Positions 1 to 8,796 of a stretch of 64,000 nucleotides of DNA are shown here, in pieces (the first letter of the stretch is position 1; each line of letters opens with the position of its first letter). Location: positions 665 through 64,664 of the forward strand of contig JAGWKL010000002.1 of assembly GCA_028865345.1 (NCBI GenBank). The letters run 5' to 3'. Source of the stretch: Candidatus Omnitrophota bacterium (GTDB lineage Bacteria; Omnitrophota; Gorgyraeia; Zapsychrales; Fredricksoniimonadaceae). Under the pieces are notes generated by a model, which had not been told where the DNA came from, did no database searches, and saw nothing but the letters and a program-made list of their open reading frames with translations. The translations under genes were made by a program, and so were the position numbers.

Positions 1-48
1 TTTTCTATCAAAATAAGTGAAAACAAAAACCCACTAATTAAAAATGTC

Positions 49-1359
49 TTGCTGATATCCTTCGCCTTAGATCTTCTTATTTTGCCATTCACTCCAACAA
101 AATTTTACATACCCAGCATGGCGCCTAAATTGGTATTTCAATTTTGGCCTGTGACTGGCCCCCTCTTATATTATTCAATGATCCAATTTGTCATTGCGGT
201 CCCCTTAGCTTTCTTTTTACTTCAGACTAAATTAAACAAATCCACAGGAACATCAAAAAGAAATTTTCAAATTCTTTTCTATTCTTTATTAATAGGGTTC
301 TTAGGAGGAACCACCGATTACTTTCCTTGTATTAATATACCAATAGCACCGTATGGAAATGCCTTAGTGCCGATTTTTATTTTTGGATTTTTGTATTTAA
401 TTTTCAAACATCAAATAATGGATATTCACATAAGCCTTTCAAGAAGTTTTGTTTACACCATTCTTATATTCTTAATCACTCTTCTATATTTTTTAGTAAC
501 ATATCTAATAAACACCTATCTGAATTTAATTGGTTATCAATCATTTATTTTCTCACTTTTAGCTGCTTCAATTACTGCATTGACTTTTATCCCGCTAAAA
601 GATATTCTTCAGATGTTTATAGATAAACATTTTCTTAAAAAATCTATTAAAGAAATAGAAGAAGAAAATGAATTACTTAAGCAAGAAGTGATGCAATCTG
701 ATCGTATGAAATCCATCGCGATCTTAGCCAGCGGAATGGCTCATGAAATAAAAAACCCTCTGACACCCATTAAAACCTTCAGCGAGCTTCTCCCCTCAAA
801 GCTCGAAGACAAAGAATTCTTGCTCAAATTTTCAAAAATTATAGGCAAAGAAGTTGACCGGATCGATGGATTAGTTCAAGAGCTGCTTAGCTTTGCCAAA
901 CCAAGCGTGCCCCAATTGAAATCAACTAATATCTGCCAACTCATCGAACAAACCCTGGAATTCCTGAATAATGAAATCATCCGCCACAAAATCGTCCTAA
1001 ATACTTTTTTTGAAAACAAAATCATACTTATTGATCTTGACCCTCACCTAATAAAACAAGCTCTTTTAAACATTTTCCTAAACGCCATTGATGCCATGCC
1101 AAATGGCGGCACTCTTAGCGTCATTGCGAGGAACGAAACTACAAAGCAATCTTTTATCATCGAAATCTCCGACACCGGTTGCGGGATTTCACCTAAGGAT
1201 CTGTCTCACATTTTTGATCCGTTCTTCACAAAGAAAGACCACGGCACAGGTTTAGGCCTGTCCATAACCGAGGGGATAATCAAGAATCACAATGGAAAAA
1301 TATTAGTGAAAAGCGAATTGAATAAGGGGACTTCTTTTAGGATTGAACTTCCGGTTTAA
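49..1359 (+). CDS. Sensor histidine kinase with a multi-pass membrane N-terminus, HisKA and HATPase_c
   Basis: H-box MAHEIKNPLTPI, N-box LLNIFLNAIDAM, G-boxes DTGCGI and GTGLGLS. Several hydrophobic helices occupy the first ~190 aa. The frame is open back to base 1 with no stop, so the true start may lie left of the window. Confidence 0.85.
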   Translation: MLISFALDLLILPFTPTKFYIPSMAPKLVFQFWPVTGPLLYYSMIQFVIAVPLAFFLLQTKLNKSTGTSKRNFQILFYSLLIGFLGGTTDYFPCINIPIAPYGNALVPIFIFGFLYLIFKHQIMDIHISLSRSFVYTILIFLITLLYFLVTYLINTYLNLIGYQSFIFSLLAASITALTFIPLKDILQMFIDKHFLKKSIKEIEEENELLKQEVMQSDRMKSIAILASGMAHEIKNPLTPIKTFSELLPSKLEDKEFLLKFSKIIGKEVDRIDGLVQELLSFAKPSVPQLKSTNICQLIEQTLEFLNNEIIRHKIVLNTFFENKIILIDLDPHLIKQALLNIFLNAIDAMPNGGTLSVIARNETTKQSFIIEISDTGCGISPKDLSHIFDPFFTKKDHGTGLGLSITEGIIKNHNGKILVKSELNKGTSFRIELPV

Positions 1360-2543
1360 ATCTCGCCTTTATTATAAAGCTCGACCAAGGCCTCCACGGG
1401 CTTGTGATGGAATTGCTTATTAACACACTGTTGTATTTCTATAATGGCCTCGTCCTTGCTTAATCCTTTACGGTAAGGCCTGTCCGTTGTCATGGCATCA
1501 AAGGTATCGGCCACGGCAATGATCGCTGCGATCATGGGGATATCTTCCCCTTTCAACCCATCCGGATAGCCTTGCCCGTCGTAGCGTTCATGATGGTATT
1601 GAACACCATTTATGACCTCTTCAAAACCGGTCAATGAAGAAAGGATCTCGGCCCCGCGGGTGGTATGGCTTTTCATGATCTCATATTCTTCGGCCGTTAA
1701 TTTGTCCTGCTTGGATAAAATGGCCTCAGGTACGCCGATCTTTCCGATATCATGCAAAAGCCCGGAAATATACAAGTTTTCGAAAAACTTATAAGGAAAA
1801 ACATAAGACTTGGCCGCCTCCATTCGGCGGCCTATGGCCAAAGCATATTTGGTGACACGTTCCGTATGACCGTGTGTGTAGATGTCCTTGGCTTCAATGG
1901 CTGACCCTAAGGCAATGGTTGTCTGGATAAACAAATTGCGGTTACGTTCCGCTTCTTTCTTAAGACCCTCAAATAATTGGGCATTGCGGATGGCAATGGC
2001 CACATCGGAGGCCAAAGCTGAAAAGAAATTCAATTCTTCCTGATCGAAACGGGCACCGTCCTGCTTTTCTCCGAGCAACAAAATAGCCATCAGCATATGC
2101 TGGTAATAAGCAGGCACGCAGGCCACGGCATTGAGCTTGGGTAATTGTTCACTGACATTGTGCAAAAGCTGCTTGGTGCCGTTGCCGTTGGAAATGACGC
2201 TTTCTTTCCAGAGAAGCTTATTAATGTCTTCAGCGACGATGGCATTGCGGTTTTCAAAGATATATTTATATTCTTTCTGGATAAAAAGTTTTATCAAAGG
2301 ATTGGTCTTGTTGAAGCGGATCAAGCCCTCGGGAATGCGTTCGCCTATACCTCCTCGGGAAATAGACAAAACATAGGAATCCCTGTCCGGATTATAAAGG
2401 ATCATGCCGGCATGCTGGATACGGACTTTTTGGACAAGGGAGCGGACAATGAGCTTGATCAATAAGCGGTGGTCATGGATCAAAACCATGCCTTTAGAGG
2501 CGGATTCCAATTCTCGCTTATAATCAATCTTGGTGGGAGGCAT
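1356..2543 (-). CDS. GAF-domain HD-GYP protein (putative c-di-GMP phosphodiesterase)
   Basis: C-terminal HD-GYP signatures HDIGKIGVP and HHERYDGQGYPDGL, with an N-terminal GAF-like region. It is adjacent to the REC gene with a 1-nt gap. Confidence 0.85.
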   Translation of the reverse strand: MPPTKIDYKRELESASKGMVLIHDHRLLIKLIVRSLVQKVRIQHAGMILYNPDRDSYVLSISRGGIGERIPEGLIRFNKTNPLIKLFIQKEYKYIFENRNAIVAEDINKLLWKESVISNGNGTKQLLHNVSEQLPKLNAVACVPAYYQHMLMAILLLGEKQDGARFDQEELNFFSALASDVAIAIRNAQLFEGLKKEAERNRNLFIQTTIALGSAIEAKDIYTHGHTERVTKYALAIGRRMEAAKSYVFPYKFFENLYISGLLHDIGKIGVPEAILSKQDKLTAEEYEIMKSHTTRGAEILSSLTGFEEVINGVQYHHERYDGQGYPDGLKGEDIPMIAAIIAVADTFDAMTTDRPYRKGLSKDEAIIEIQQCVNKQFHHKPVEALVELYNKGEI

Positions 2544-2544
2544 C

Positions 2545-2904
2545 TTAACTGTTTAACTGTGCCAGGACTATCTTTTCAAGCTCTTCGAGAATGAAAGGCT
2601 TATGAATATACCCAAGAACGCCCAAAGCGTTGGCTTCTTTTATAGTTTCCTCATCCTCAACACCGGAAACCATGACGACTTTGACATTTAAATTGGCCTG
2701 GCGGAGCTGGCGCAAAACCTCAATACCTGTGATCTCTTCCATCCTGACATCAAGCAACACCAGATCGGGCTTCTCTTGTGAAATAATCTCCAAAGCCTGA
2801 CGGCCTCCGGATGCCACAAAAACATCGATTTTGCGTTTTTTAAAAAAATTCCGCGCAAATTCCCGGATGTCGGATTCATCATCAACGATCAATAATTTTG
2901 CCAT
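2545..2904 (-). CDS. Single-domain response regulator (REC only, CheY-like)
   Basis: LIVDDE start, phospho-acceptor context DLVLLDVRM, conserved K in YIHKPF. At 119 aa it has no output domain. Confidence 0.9.
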   Translation of the reverse strand: MAKLLIVDDESDIREFARNFFKKRKIDVFVASGGRQALEIISQEKPDLVLLDVRMEEITGIEVLRQLRQANLNVKVVMVSGVEDEETIKEANALGVLGYIHKPFILEELEKIVLAQLNS

Positions 2905-2926
2905 AATATAAGTTTATCCTAAAACC

Positions 2927-5086
2927 CTACCCTATAGCAATAGGCAAACGCAATTTCATCTGCGTGCCGTGCATATACTTGGAAACCATCTCCACCCTAC
3001 CGCCGTGATTTTCTTCGATTATTTTTCTGATCACATAAAGCCCCAAACCGGTGCCTTTTTTGCTGGAAAGCTTTGTTGTAAAGAACGGAGTAAACATTTT
3101 ACTCATGTCTTCATCTTTAACACCGACACCATTGTCTTCAAAAATGATCTCTACATACCCATCTTCTTTAAAAACCCGCACAATCAAGGTCGGCTGATAA
3201 TCCGGCTCACGTCTCTCGTCTTTTCTTTGCATCATCGCATCATAACCATTATCAATGAGATTAAAAAACACTTCCTGCACCTGCGTAAAATTAGCTTTTA
3301 TTTTTGGAATGGTCGCAACATCATATTCACGGATTATTTTCAACTGCTGCGTTTTGATCTTAAACTGTGTCATTTCCAAGGCGGCTTTAAATACCGCGTC
3401 TACATCAACAGCCGCAAAGCCGGTCTCTCCCTTGCGGGTATATTTCAAAAGCCCCTGAACGATTTCTCCGCCCTGCGTAACATTTTCCTGGACGCGTACA
3501 AGCGCACGCTCCAATTCCGCCATAACTTCTTTTGACTTTTCTGAGGACAACGCCTCTTTTTGATTCAAATGGATCGTATCCAAAGCATCACCGGCAATAA
3601 AACCCAACGCATGAAAACGGTTGTTGATCTGATGCGACAGCCCGTCAGCCATGGTGCCGATGGTGGCCATCTTTTCAGCCTTAAACAACTGCTCTTGGGT
3701 CAATTTCATGTCTTCATAAAACTTAGCATTCTCGATGGCAAGGGCGGTTTGATTGGCCAAAATTCCAAAAACAGAAATATCGTCCTGGGTATAAATTTTC
3801 CCGGATTCTTTTTTGCCCATTACTATGATGGCTATAATGCTACCTTCAATAAAAATGGGCGCAATCAATTCACCATCGAGAGAAGAAATGTCCTCTTCTA
3901 CTTGCCCTAATGTTAAACCCTTAAAGTCTTGGGACTTCTGCTTAAATTCTTCATAAATAACCAAATTCTTATCATCTAACAAATATCGTATTAAAGAAGA
4001 GTTTTCCGAAATTTTATCAAGAAACTGTTTATGACCAGACTTCCTTTTTATTGCACCCAGAAAATACTGTTTCTTTTCTTTATCATGAATATAAATCGAT
4101 GCGTGTTCAATTTGTATGGCATGTGTCAACACATATACAATCATATTTAACAACTTTTTTAAATCCTTTATTTTACCCATTCCAGCAGATGCTTGGCGTA
4201 AAGTAGCCTGATAACGACGCTGTTCTTGTAACAATTTGTCTTCGGCTTGTTTTTGTACATAAAGATAAATAAATGGGCCTAATGTTGCAAATAATGCCAT
4301 TAAGCCTATGGGCAACAACCAAGCCCCTTTCCCCAAAAACTTAAAACCTATCCATACAGGAATACCTAAAACAAAAGAATAAACAGCAATAAAAATAGCT
4401 GTATTGGATATAGCCACTCGTATATCCATAAGCCTATAACGAACAATGGCATAAGCAGAAATTGTTAAAGATATCAAAATCGCCACTACACCTAGTGGAT
4501 AAAAAGAGAAACCATAATTAACAAAAAAATCAGTAGACGCCAAACAATAAACAAAAAATGCGATTAACAAGAATGTAAGTTGACTTCCCAAAACTCCTTG
4601 CCATCTAATAAGAAAGCCTTTTTGTAAAAGCTGAAAAAAACACATTCCCATAAGCGTAAAAAGATATAATAAGAATAAAGGGTGTAAAATTCCAGCCTTT
4701 GGATAGTACCCCCAATAAAAATGATTTACTCCATTAATTAACAAATTGGTGGGAAGTAATATTATAAAAAAAAGACTCACAAAATAAGCCTTTTTAGTAA
4801 GACGCCAAAAATTTCGCGAATCAACAAAAGCTGTAAAATAATGTAAATAAGTAGCAGGTATCAACACTATTCCAATATGCCCAATCCTAGCAATATTCTT
4901 TGCTAATTCTAAATTGTTAGTATTGAATAAAAAGAACCAACTAAATTGCCACCAAAATGTAACAACTGAATTAAATAAAAAACCTAGGCGGATAGACCGA
5001 TTTCCCTTGCTTTTCAAATAAACAAAGGAACCAAGCAATAAGAAGAGAATAGCAGAAATTAAAGGAAGGAGAGAATATCTACTCAA
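2927..5086 (-). CDS. Sensor histidine kinase: multi-TM N-terminus, GAF-like region, HisKA, HATPase_c
   Basis: About 280 aa of hydrophobic helices, then a GAF-like segment (IYIHDKEKKQYFL ... IVMGKK). H-box LSHQINNRFHAL, N-box FFNLIDNGYDAM, G-box GTGLGLYV. Confidence 0.85.
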   Translation of the reverse strand: MSRYSLLPLISAILFLLLGSFVYLKSKGNRSIRLGFLFNSVVTFWWQFSWFFLFNTNNLELAKNIARIGHIGIVLIPATYLHYFTAFVDSRNFWRLTKKAYFVSLFFIILLPTNLLINGVNHFYWGYYPKAGILHPLFLLYLFTLMGMCFFQLLQKGFLIRWQGVLGSQLTFLLIAFFVYCLASTDFFVNYGFSFYPLGVVAILISLTISAYAIVRYRLMDIRVAISNTAIFIAVYSFVLGIPVWIGFKFLGKGAWLLPIGLMALFATLGPFIYLYVQKQAEDKLLQEQRRYQATLRQASAGMGKIKDLKKLLNMIVYVLTHAIQIEHASIYIHDKEKKQYFLGAIKRKSGHKQFLDKISENSSLIRYLLDDKNLVIYEEFKQKSQDFKGLTLGQVEEDISSLDGELIAPIFIEGSIIAIIVMGKKESGKIYTQDDISVFGILANQTALAIENAKFYEDMKLTQEQLFKAEKMATIGTMADGLSHQINNRFHALGFIAGDALDTIHLNQKEALSSEKSKEVMAELERALVRVQENVTQGGEIVQGLLKYTRKGETGFAAVDVDAVFKAALEMTQFKIKTQQLKIIREYDVATIPKIKANFTQVQEVFFNLIDNGYDAMMQRKDERREPDYQPTLIVRVFKEDGYVEIIFEDNGVGVKDEDMSKMFTPFFTTKLSSKKGTGLGLYVIRKIIEENHGGRVEMVSKYMHGTQMKLRLPIAIG

Positions 5087-5492
5087 AGTAAATATGATTA
5101 GTAATAACCTTTTTGATCCCTTCAGGGAGCCGAAGAATTGACCCCTTATTATTCACAAAAATAAGTGTTTCGCCTCCAATACTAACAACTTCACCTGATT
5201 GTTTATTAAGATAAATAAACATCATTTCGAAACTGGATTTCTTTATATTACGGTTTTGTACTCTTAGTAAAATACGATCAAACGCATGAATCTGTTTTTT
5301 ATATTCATTCCAGGCATGTTTTGTGACCAAAGTTATATTATTAAATATTTCTTGATAATTTTCTACAGTAGTAAAATAGAGCTCTCTGCATATCCCCTGC
5401 CACTCGAAATATCGAGAAAAATAGACAGTCCCGTACATATTAATATCTTTTAAAGTAACAATAAATTCATACTCAAATGCGTCCTGATTCAT
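5079..5492 (-). CDS. Hotdog-fold (4HBT/YbgC-like) acyl thioesterase
   Basis: At 137 aa the size and the N-terminal pattern (VTLKDINMYGTVYFSRYFEW) are typical of 4HBT thioesterases. It overlaps the ACP gene by 4 nt and the HK gene by 8 nt. Confidence 0.65.
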   Translation of the reverse strand: MNQDAFEYEFIVTLKDINMYGTVYFSRYFEWQGICRELYFTTVENYQEIFNNITLVTKHAWNEYKKQIHAFDRILLRVQNRNIKKSSFEMMFIYLNKQSGEVVSIGGETLIFVNNKGSILRLPEGIKKVITNHIYFE

Positions 5493-5719
5493 AGATTCTT
5501 TGAATTAAGATAATTAATTACATCTTTAACTGTTTTTAATCTTCCAATTTCTTCTTCGCCTATTTTTATATTAAATTTATCTTCAATATTTAATACTAAT
5601 TCAACAATATCCAATGAATCTGCTCCTAAATCTTCAAATTTTGAGCAGTCCTTTAAATCTTCCCTTTTAACTCCTAGAGTGTCAGCTATTATAGTCTTTA
5701 CTATATCTATATTAGTCAT
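5489..5719 (-). CDS. Acyl carrier protein (stand-alone)
   Basis: 76 aa with the phosphopantetheine attachment motif GADSLDIVELV. Confidence 0.85.
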   Translation of the reverse strand: MTNIDIVKTIIADTLGVKREDLKDCSKFEDLGADSLDIVELVLNIEDKFNIKIGEEEIGRLKTVKDVINYLNSKNL

Positions 5720-5739
5720 ACCCCTCTAAAATAATATTT

Positions 5740-7014
5740 TCAGAACTTATACGTCAAACTCACCAACCCGATATTTATAAACTCACTATATTTCCCATCC
5801 ACCGTACCGGCGCTGCCGGCCGTCGACTTGGCAACTGAGTTGATAATGTTCCGTGTATCATAAAAAAGGATTGAATAGGCCACATCAAGTGTCAGGCGTT
5901 TAGTGATATCATAACCAAAACCTGTGGTATAACCGTTGGAATTGCTGTCCGGTATCCTCGGGTTAAAGGTGGCATCTGGGATAACCATTTCATGATGGTA
6001 ATAACCTAACCTTACACGAAAACGATCGTTGACATTATATTGGGTACCGATGGATTCAGACCATGCGGAATGCCAATCTGCGGGGGTGGGAGCAGCGAAA
6101 CCTAAAGTATTAAGGGTTGCACTGCCGTTGATGTTGATCGTCTGGTATTTCGTGCTGGACCAATCCACCCATGCCACATCAAGGTTAACCGTCCATTTCT
6201 TTGTAGGTTTGAAGCTATATCCTGCCACCACACTTTGAGGTAAAACCGACTTCTCGCTAACATTAGACACATAGGATGAAAAACCATAAGCAGTGGGATT
6301 AGCCCCGTTAATGCTCATTTTCCCCCGGTAATTGTGATTGATACGGCTGCGGTAGATCAAACCGATTTGATTTTTGTCATTGATTTTATACAGGGTCGCT
6401 ATACGGTATCCCCAAGCATCATCACCACCTTTAAGCTCGGCAATACCGATTGATCCGCCGTAACCATTAAGCGCAAAACTTTCATCCGCCTTTGATTCAT
6501 CGTTGTCCACGCTTGCGGCTATGGACCATTGCGGGGTCACTTGATACGAAAACGCCAGGGAATTATCAATGTCTGTAATGCTGGCCTGGGTTGTTGCATA
6601 CTCCAAAGGACTGTTAGGCCCCCAATTAGTGGCAGTGCCCCAATAAGAACCTGAACCAAAACCAATGCTTAATTTATTATTGACAGGCAAAACAGCGTAA
6701 AAATTGGGAATATTGAATTCATTGTTTTGCATGTGCACAGTATTTCCGTTTGGCTGTACCATATGGCCTCTGGGCGCAATAAGAGCATCTCCTACGGAAA
6801 TTTCCGGCCTGGTCATTTGATTCATACCGGCTGGGTTGTAGTACATGGCCGCAGGCGTATCCGCTTCACCGACAAAAGCCGAACCCATACCCATTGCACC
6901 AGCGTCGGGAACCTCTATATTATAGGCCCCGGAACCTGTAGCAAACGCACTCTGTCCCCAGGAAGTCATCAAAAACGCACAAAAAACGATGATGAATATA
7001 CGGAATAATGACAT
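5740..7014 (-). CDS. FadL/OmpP1/TodX-family outer-membrane hydrophobic-compound channel
   Basis: Signal peptide ending in SAFA. N-terminal hatch-like segment GAMGMGSAFVGEADTPAAMYYNPAGM. Alternating beta-strand pattern and a C-terminal YKF. Confidence 0.75.
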   Translation of the reverse strand: MSLFRIFIIVFCAFLMTSWGQSAFATGSGAYNIEVPDAGAMGMGSAFVGEADTPAAMYYNPAGMNQMTRPEISVGDALIAPRGHMVQPNGNTVHMQNNEFNIPNFYAVLPVNNKLSIGFGSGSYWGTATNWGPNSPLEYATTQASITDIDNSLAFSYQVTPQWSIAASVDNDESKADESFALNGYGGSIGIAELKGGDDAWGYRIATLYKINDKNQIGLIYRSRINHNYRGKMSINGANPTAYGFSSYVSNVSEKSVLPQSVVAGYSFKPTKKWTVNLDVAWVDWSSTKYQTININGSATLNTLGFAAPTPADWHSAWSESIGTQYNVNDRFRVRLGYYHHEMVIPDATFNPRIPDSNSNGYTTGFGYDITKRLTLDVAYSILFYDTRNIINSVAKSTAGSAGTVDGKYSEFINIGLVSLTYKF

Positions 7015-7153
7015 TTTATCCCTCCATTATTAAAGGGTTTACAATACCCGCATTTTGCGGAAACAACATAATATGGATGAACACATTGAAATTATACTTC
7101 GTCGAAGGCTCGACGGGAAGGGAAAACAGAAATATTTTTGATTAAAGCTCAAA

Positions 7154-7522
7154 TTATAGAATGGCCTCAAAAGCATTCTTCAGATGTTGAATTTGAGCCA
7201 ATCCTGTTTTGTCGCGGATGATGGAAACCACATCAAATCGTGAAGGAATTTCCAAAGACCCGTATTTGTATTTCAGATAAAGCGCGGCCAATTGGGAAAG
7301 CTTGCGGATTTTCCAGGAAGTCACGGCCTCATAAGGCTGGCCTTGATCCAGGCTTTGGCGGGTCTTGACTTCGATAAAACAAATGGTTTTACCATCTTTG
7401 GCGATTAAATCGATTTCGCCCAATTTGCTGCGGAAGTTTTCCTCCAATATGCGGTAGCCTTGGTCTAGCAAATATTGCCGGGCCAGGGACTCACCATAGA
7501 CTCCCAAGGTTTTATTGGACAT
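7154..7522 (-). CDS. yraN: YraN-family (UPF0102) endonuclease-like protein
   Basis: 122 aa. GESLARQYLLDQGYRILEENFRSKLGEIDLIAKDG...FIEVKTR matches the UPF0102 pattern. Confidence 0.85.
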   Translation of the reverse strand: MSNKTLGVYGESLARQYLLDQGYRILEENFRSKLGEIDLIAKDGKTICFIEVKTRQSLDQGQPYEAVTSWKIRKLSQLAALYLKYKYGSLEIPSRFDVVSIIRDKTGLAQIQHLKNAFEAIL

Positions 7523-7561
7523 GAAGGAAGCTTAACAAATATATGATTATTAGTCAACTAT

Positions 7562-7584
7562 AATATTGACTTATAGTCAATATT
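7562..7584. promoter_or_regulatory. Perfect 9-bp inverted repeat AATATTGAC-N5-GTCAATATT, a candidate operator upstream of yraN
   Basis: Read directly. A third GTCAA half-site lies at 7553-7557. The repeat overlaps -35-like TTGACT hexamers on the minus strand. Confidence 0.4.
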
Positions 7585-7701
7585 AACCGCGCAACTGCCG
7601 AAGAGCATGCTGAAAAACAAGCCAATAGTAGAACATTAGAAGAAGAAGGACAAGGACAACGATGACACCGGACCAGGAGAATTTATTTTTCATAAGACGC
7701 T

Positions 7702-8724
7702 TTAAGGAGACGGCGTAACCATCTGTTTCAGACACTCAACCCATAGAGGATGAGCATTCAGACTTTCGACCAGCTGCCAATGCTCTCCCCCGTGTTCTAA
7801 AAAAAGTTTTTTATATTCTACACCTATTTCAACGCTGGTCTCAAGACAATCCGCCACAAAGGCCGGAGAAAAAGTCAGCACCTTTTTAATGCCGCGCCCT
7901 GCCAGTTGCTTGATGACCTCATCCGTGTACGGCTTGATCCACGGCGTCTTGCCCAACCGCGACTGGAAACAAATCGTATATTCATCTTTTTTGATCCCAA
8001 GCTCCTGGACTAACAGCCGTGTCGTCTCAAAACACTGGGCCCGGTAGCAATATTGATTTTTGCCGTGATAAGTCGCGCAACAATCCCCCAATTTGCAATA
8101 ATCGCCGCAAGACGCTTTGAGGATCTGGCGCTCAGGCAAACCGTGATAACTAAACAGATAATGGTCGAAATTTCCCTGCGCCATATATTTTTTACCGGTC
8201 TGGGCAAAAGCTTTGATAAAAAGCGGGTGGTCAAAAAACCGGCTGATGCATTTGATCTCAGGAACCACCTCCCAATGCTTTACAACATTCATGACATCCT
8301 CTATCGTTGAACCCGTCGAGGAAGAAGCATATTGCGGATACAAAGGAATGATGATCAATTGCTTGAAGCCCTTATTCTCGAAATGCGGCAAAACCGATTG
8401 AATACTCGGGGACTGATATCGCATGGCCAATTTCACCAGGAAATCCCCGCCCAGGGCCTGTTGTAAAAGCCCTTGCAGTTGTTGGCCGTAAACCTTCAGC
8501 GGAGAACCTTCGTTAGTCCACAATTGGCGATACGCTTTGGAGGATTCAGGCGCTCGAAACGGAGCAATGACAAAATTGACAAGTAAAAACCTGCGCCAAA
8601 AAGGGATGTCCATGACGCGCCCATCCATCAGGAACTCACGCAGATATTTACGCACGTCCCCCGTCGAAGGGCTGTCAGGAGTGCCTAAATTAATGATCAA
8701 TACGCCGGTTTTGGGGTTGGACAT
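7702..8724 (-). CDS. hemH: Ferrochelatase
   Basis: MSNPKTGVLIINLGTPDSP start and YPQYASSSTGS motif. The ORF track extends to 8763, but that extension runs into a terminator hairpin. ATG 8724 gives the canonical N-terminus. Confidence 0.9.
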   Translation of the reverse strand: MSNPKTGVLIINLGTPDSPSTGDVRKYLREFLMDGRVMDIPFWRRFLLVNFVIAPFRAPESSKAYRQLWTNEGSPLKVYGQQLQGLLQQALGGDFLVKLAMRYQSPSIQSVLPHFENKGFKQLIIIPLYPQYASSSTGSTIEDVMNVVKHWEVVPEIKCISRFFDHPLFIKAFAQTGKKYMAQGNFDHYLFSYHGLPERQILKASCGDYCKLGDCCATYHGKNQYCYRAQCFETTRLLVQELGIKKDEYTICFQSRLGKTPWIKPYTDEVIKQLAGRGIKKVLTFSPAFVADCLETSVEIGVEYKKLFLEHGGEHWQLVESLNAHPLWVECLKQMVTPSP

Positions 8725-8740
8725 GGCAGGCATTATACTG

Positions 8741-8775
8741 GAAAAAAGAGAAAGAGGACACATTAATGTGTCCCC
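8741..8775 (-). terminator. Rho-independent terminator after the 8797-9111 gene
   Basis: The minus strand reads GGGGACACA-TTAA-TGTGTCCTC followed by TTTCTCTTTTTT. The core is the perfect palindrome GGACACATTAATGTGTCC (8756-8773). Confidence 0.7.
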
Positions 8776-8796
8776 TTTTCCCTTTTACATAAATGC

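Noticed and set aside
49-1000. Very low GC in the kinase membrane domains taken as proof of horizontal transfer
   Set aside because: For the polytopic domains, the enrichment in Phe, Ile, Leu, Tyr, Asn and Lys codons can by itself produce the AT bias. Only the soluble ACP and thioesterase genes support a foreign-origin argument, and I report those separately.
7048-7115. Short hairpins CCGCA-TTT-TGCGG (7048-7060) and CGTCGA-AGGC-TCGACG (7100-7115) between yraN and the FadL-like gene, considered as terminators or a riboswitch
   Set aside because: The stems are only 5-6 bp with no adjacent U-tract. That is too weak to call a terminator and too small for a known riboswitch class.
8756-8773. Perfect 18-bp palindrome GGACACATTAATGTGTCC read as a transcription-factor operator for hemH
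   Set aside because: It is followed on the minus strand by a U-rich tract directly after the upstream gene. An intrinsic terminator is the simpler explanation, though an operator role is not excluded.
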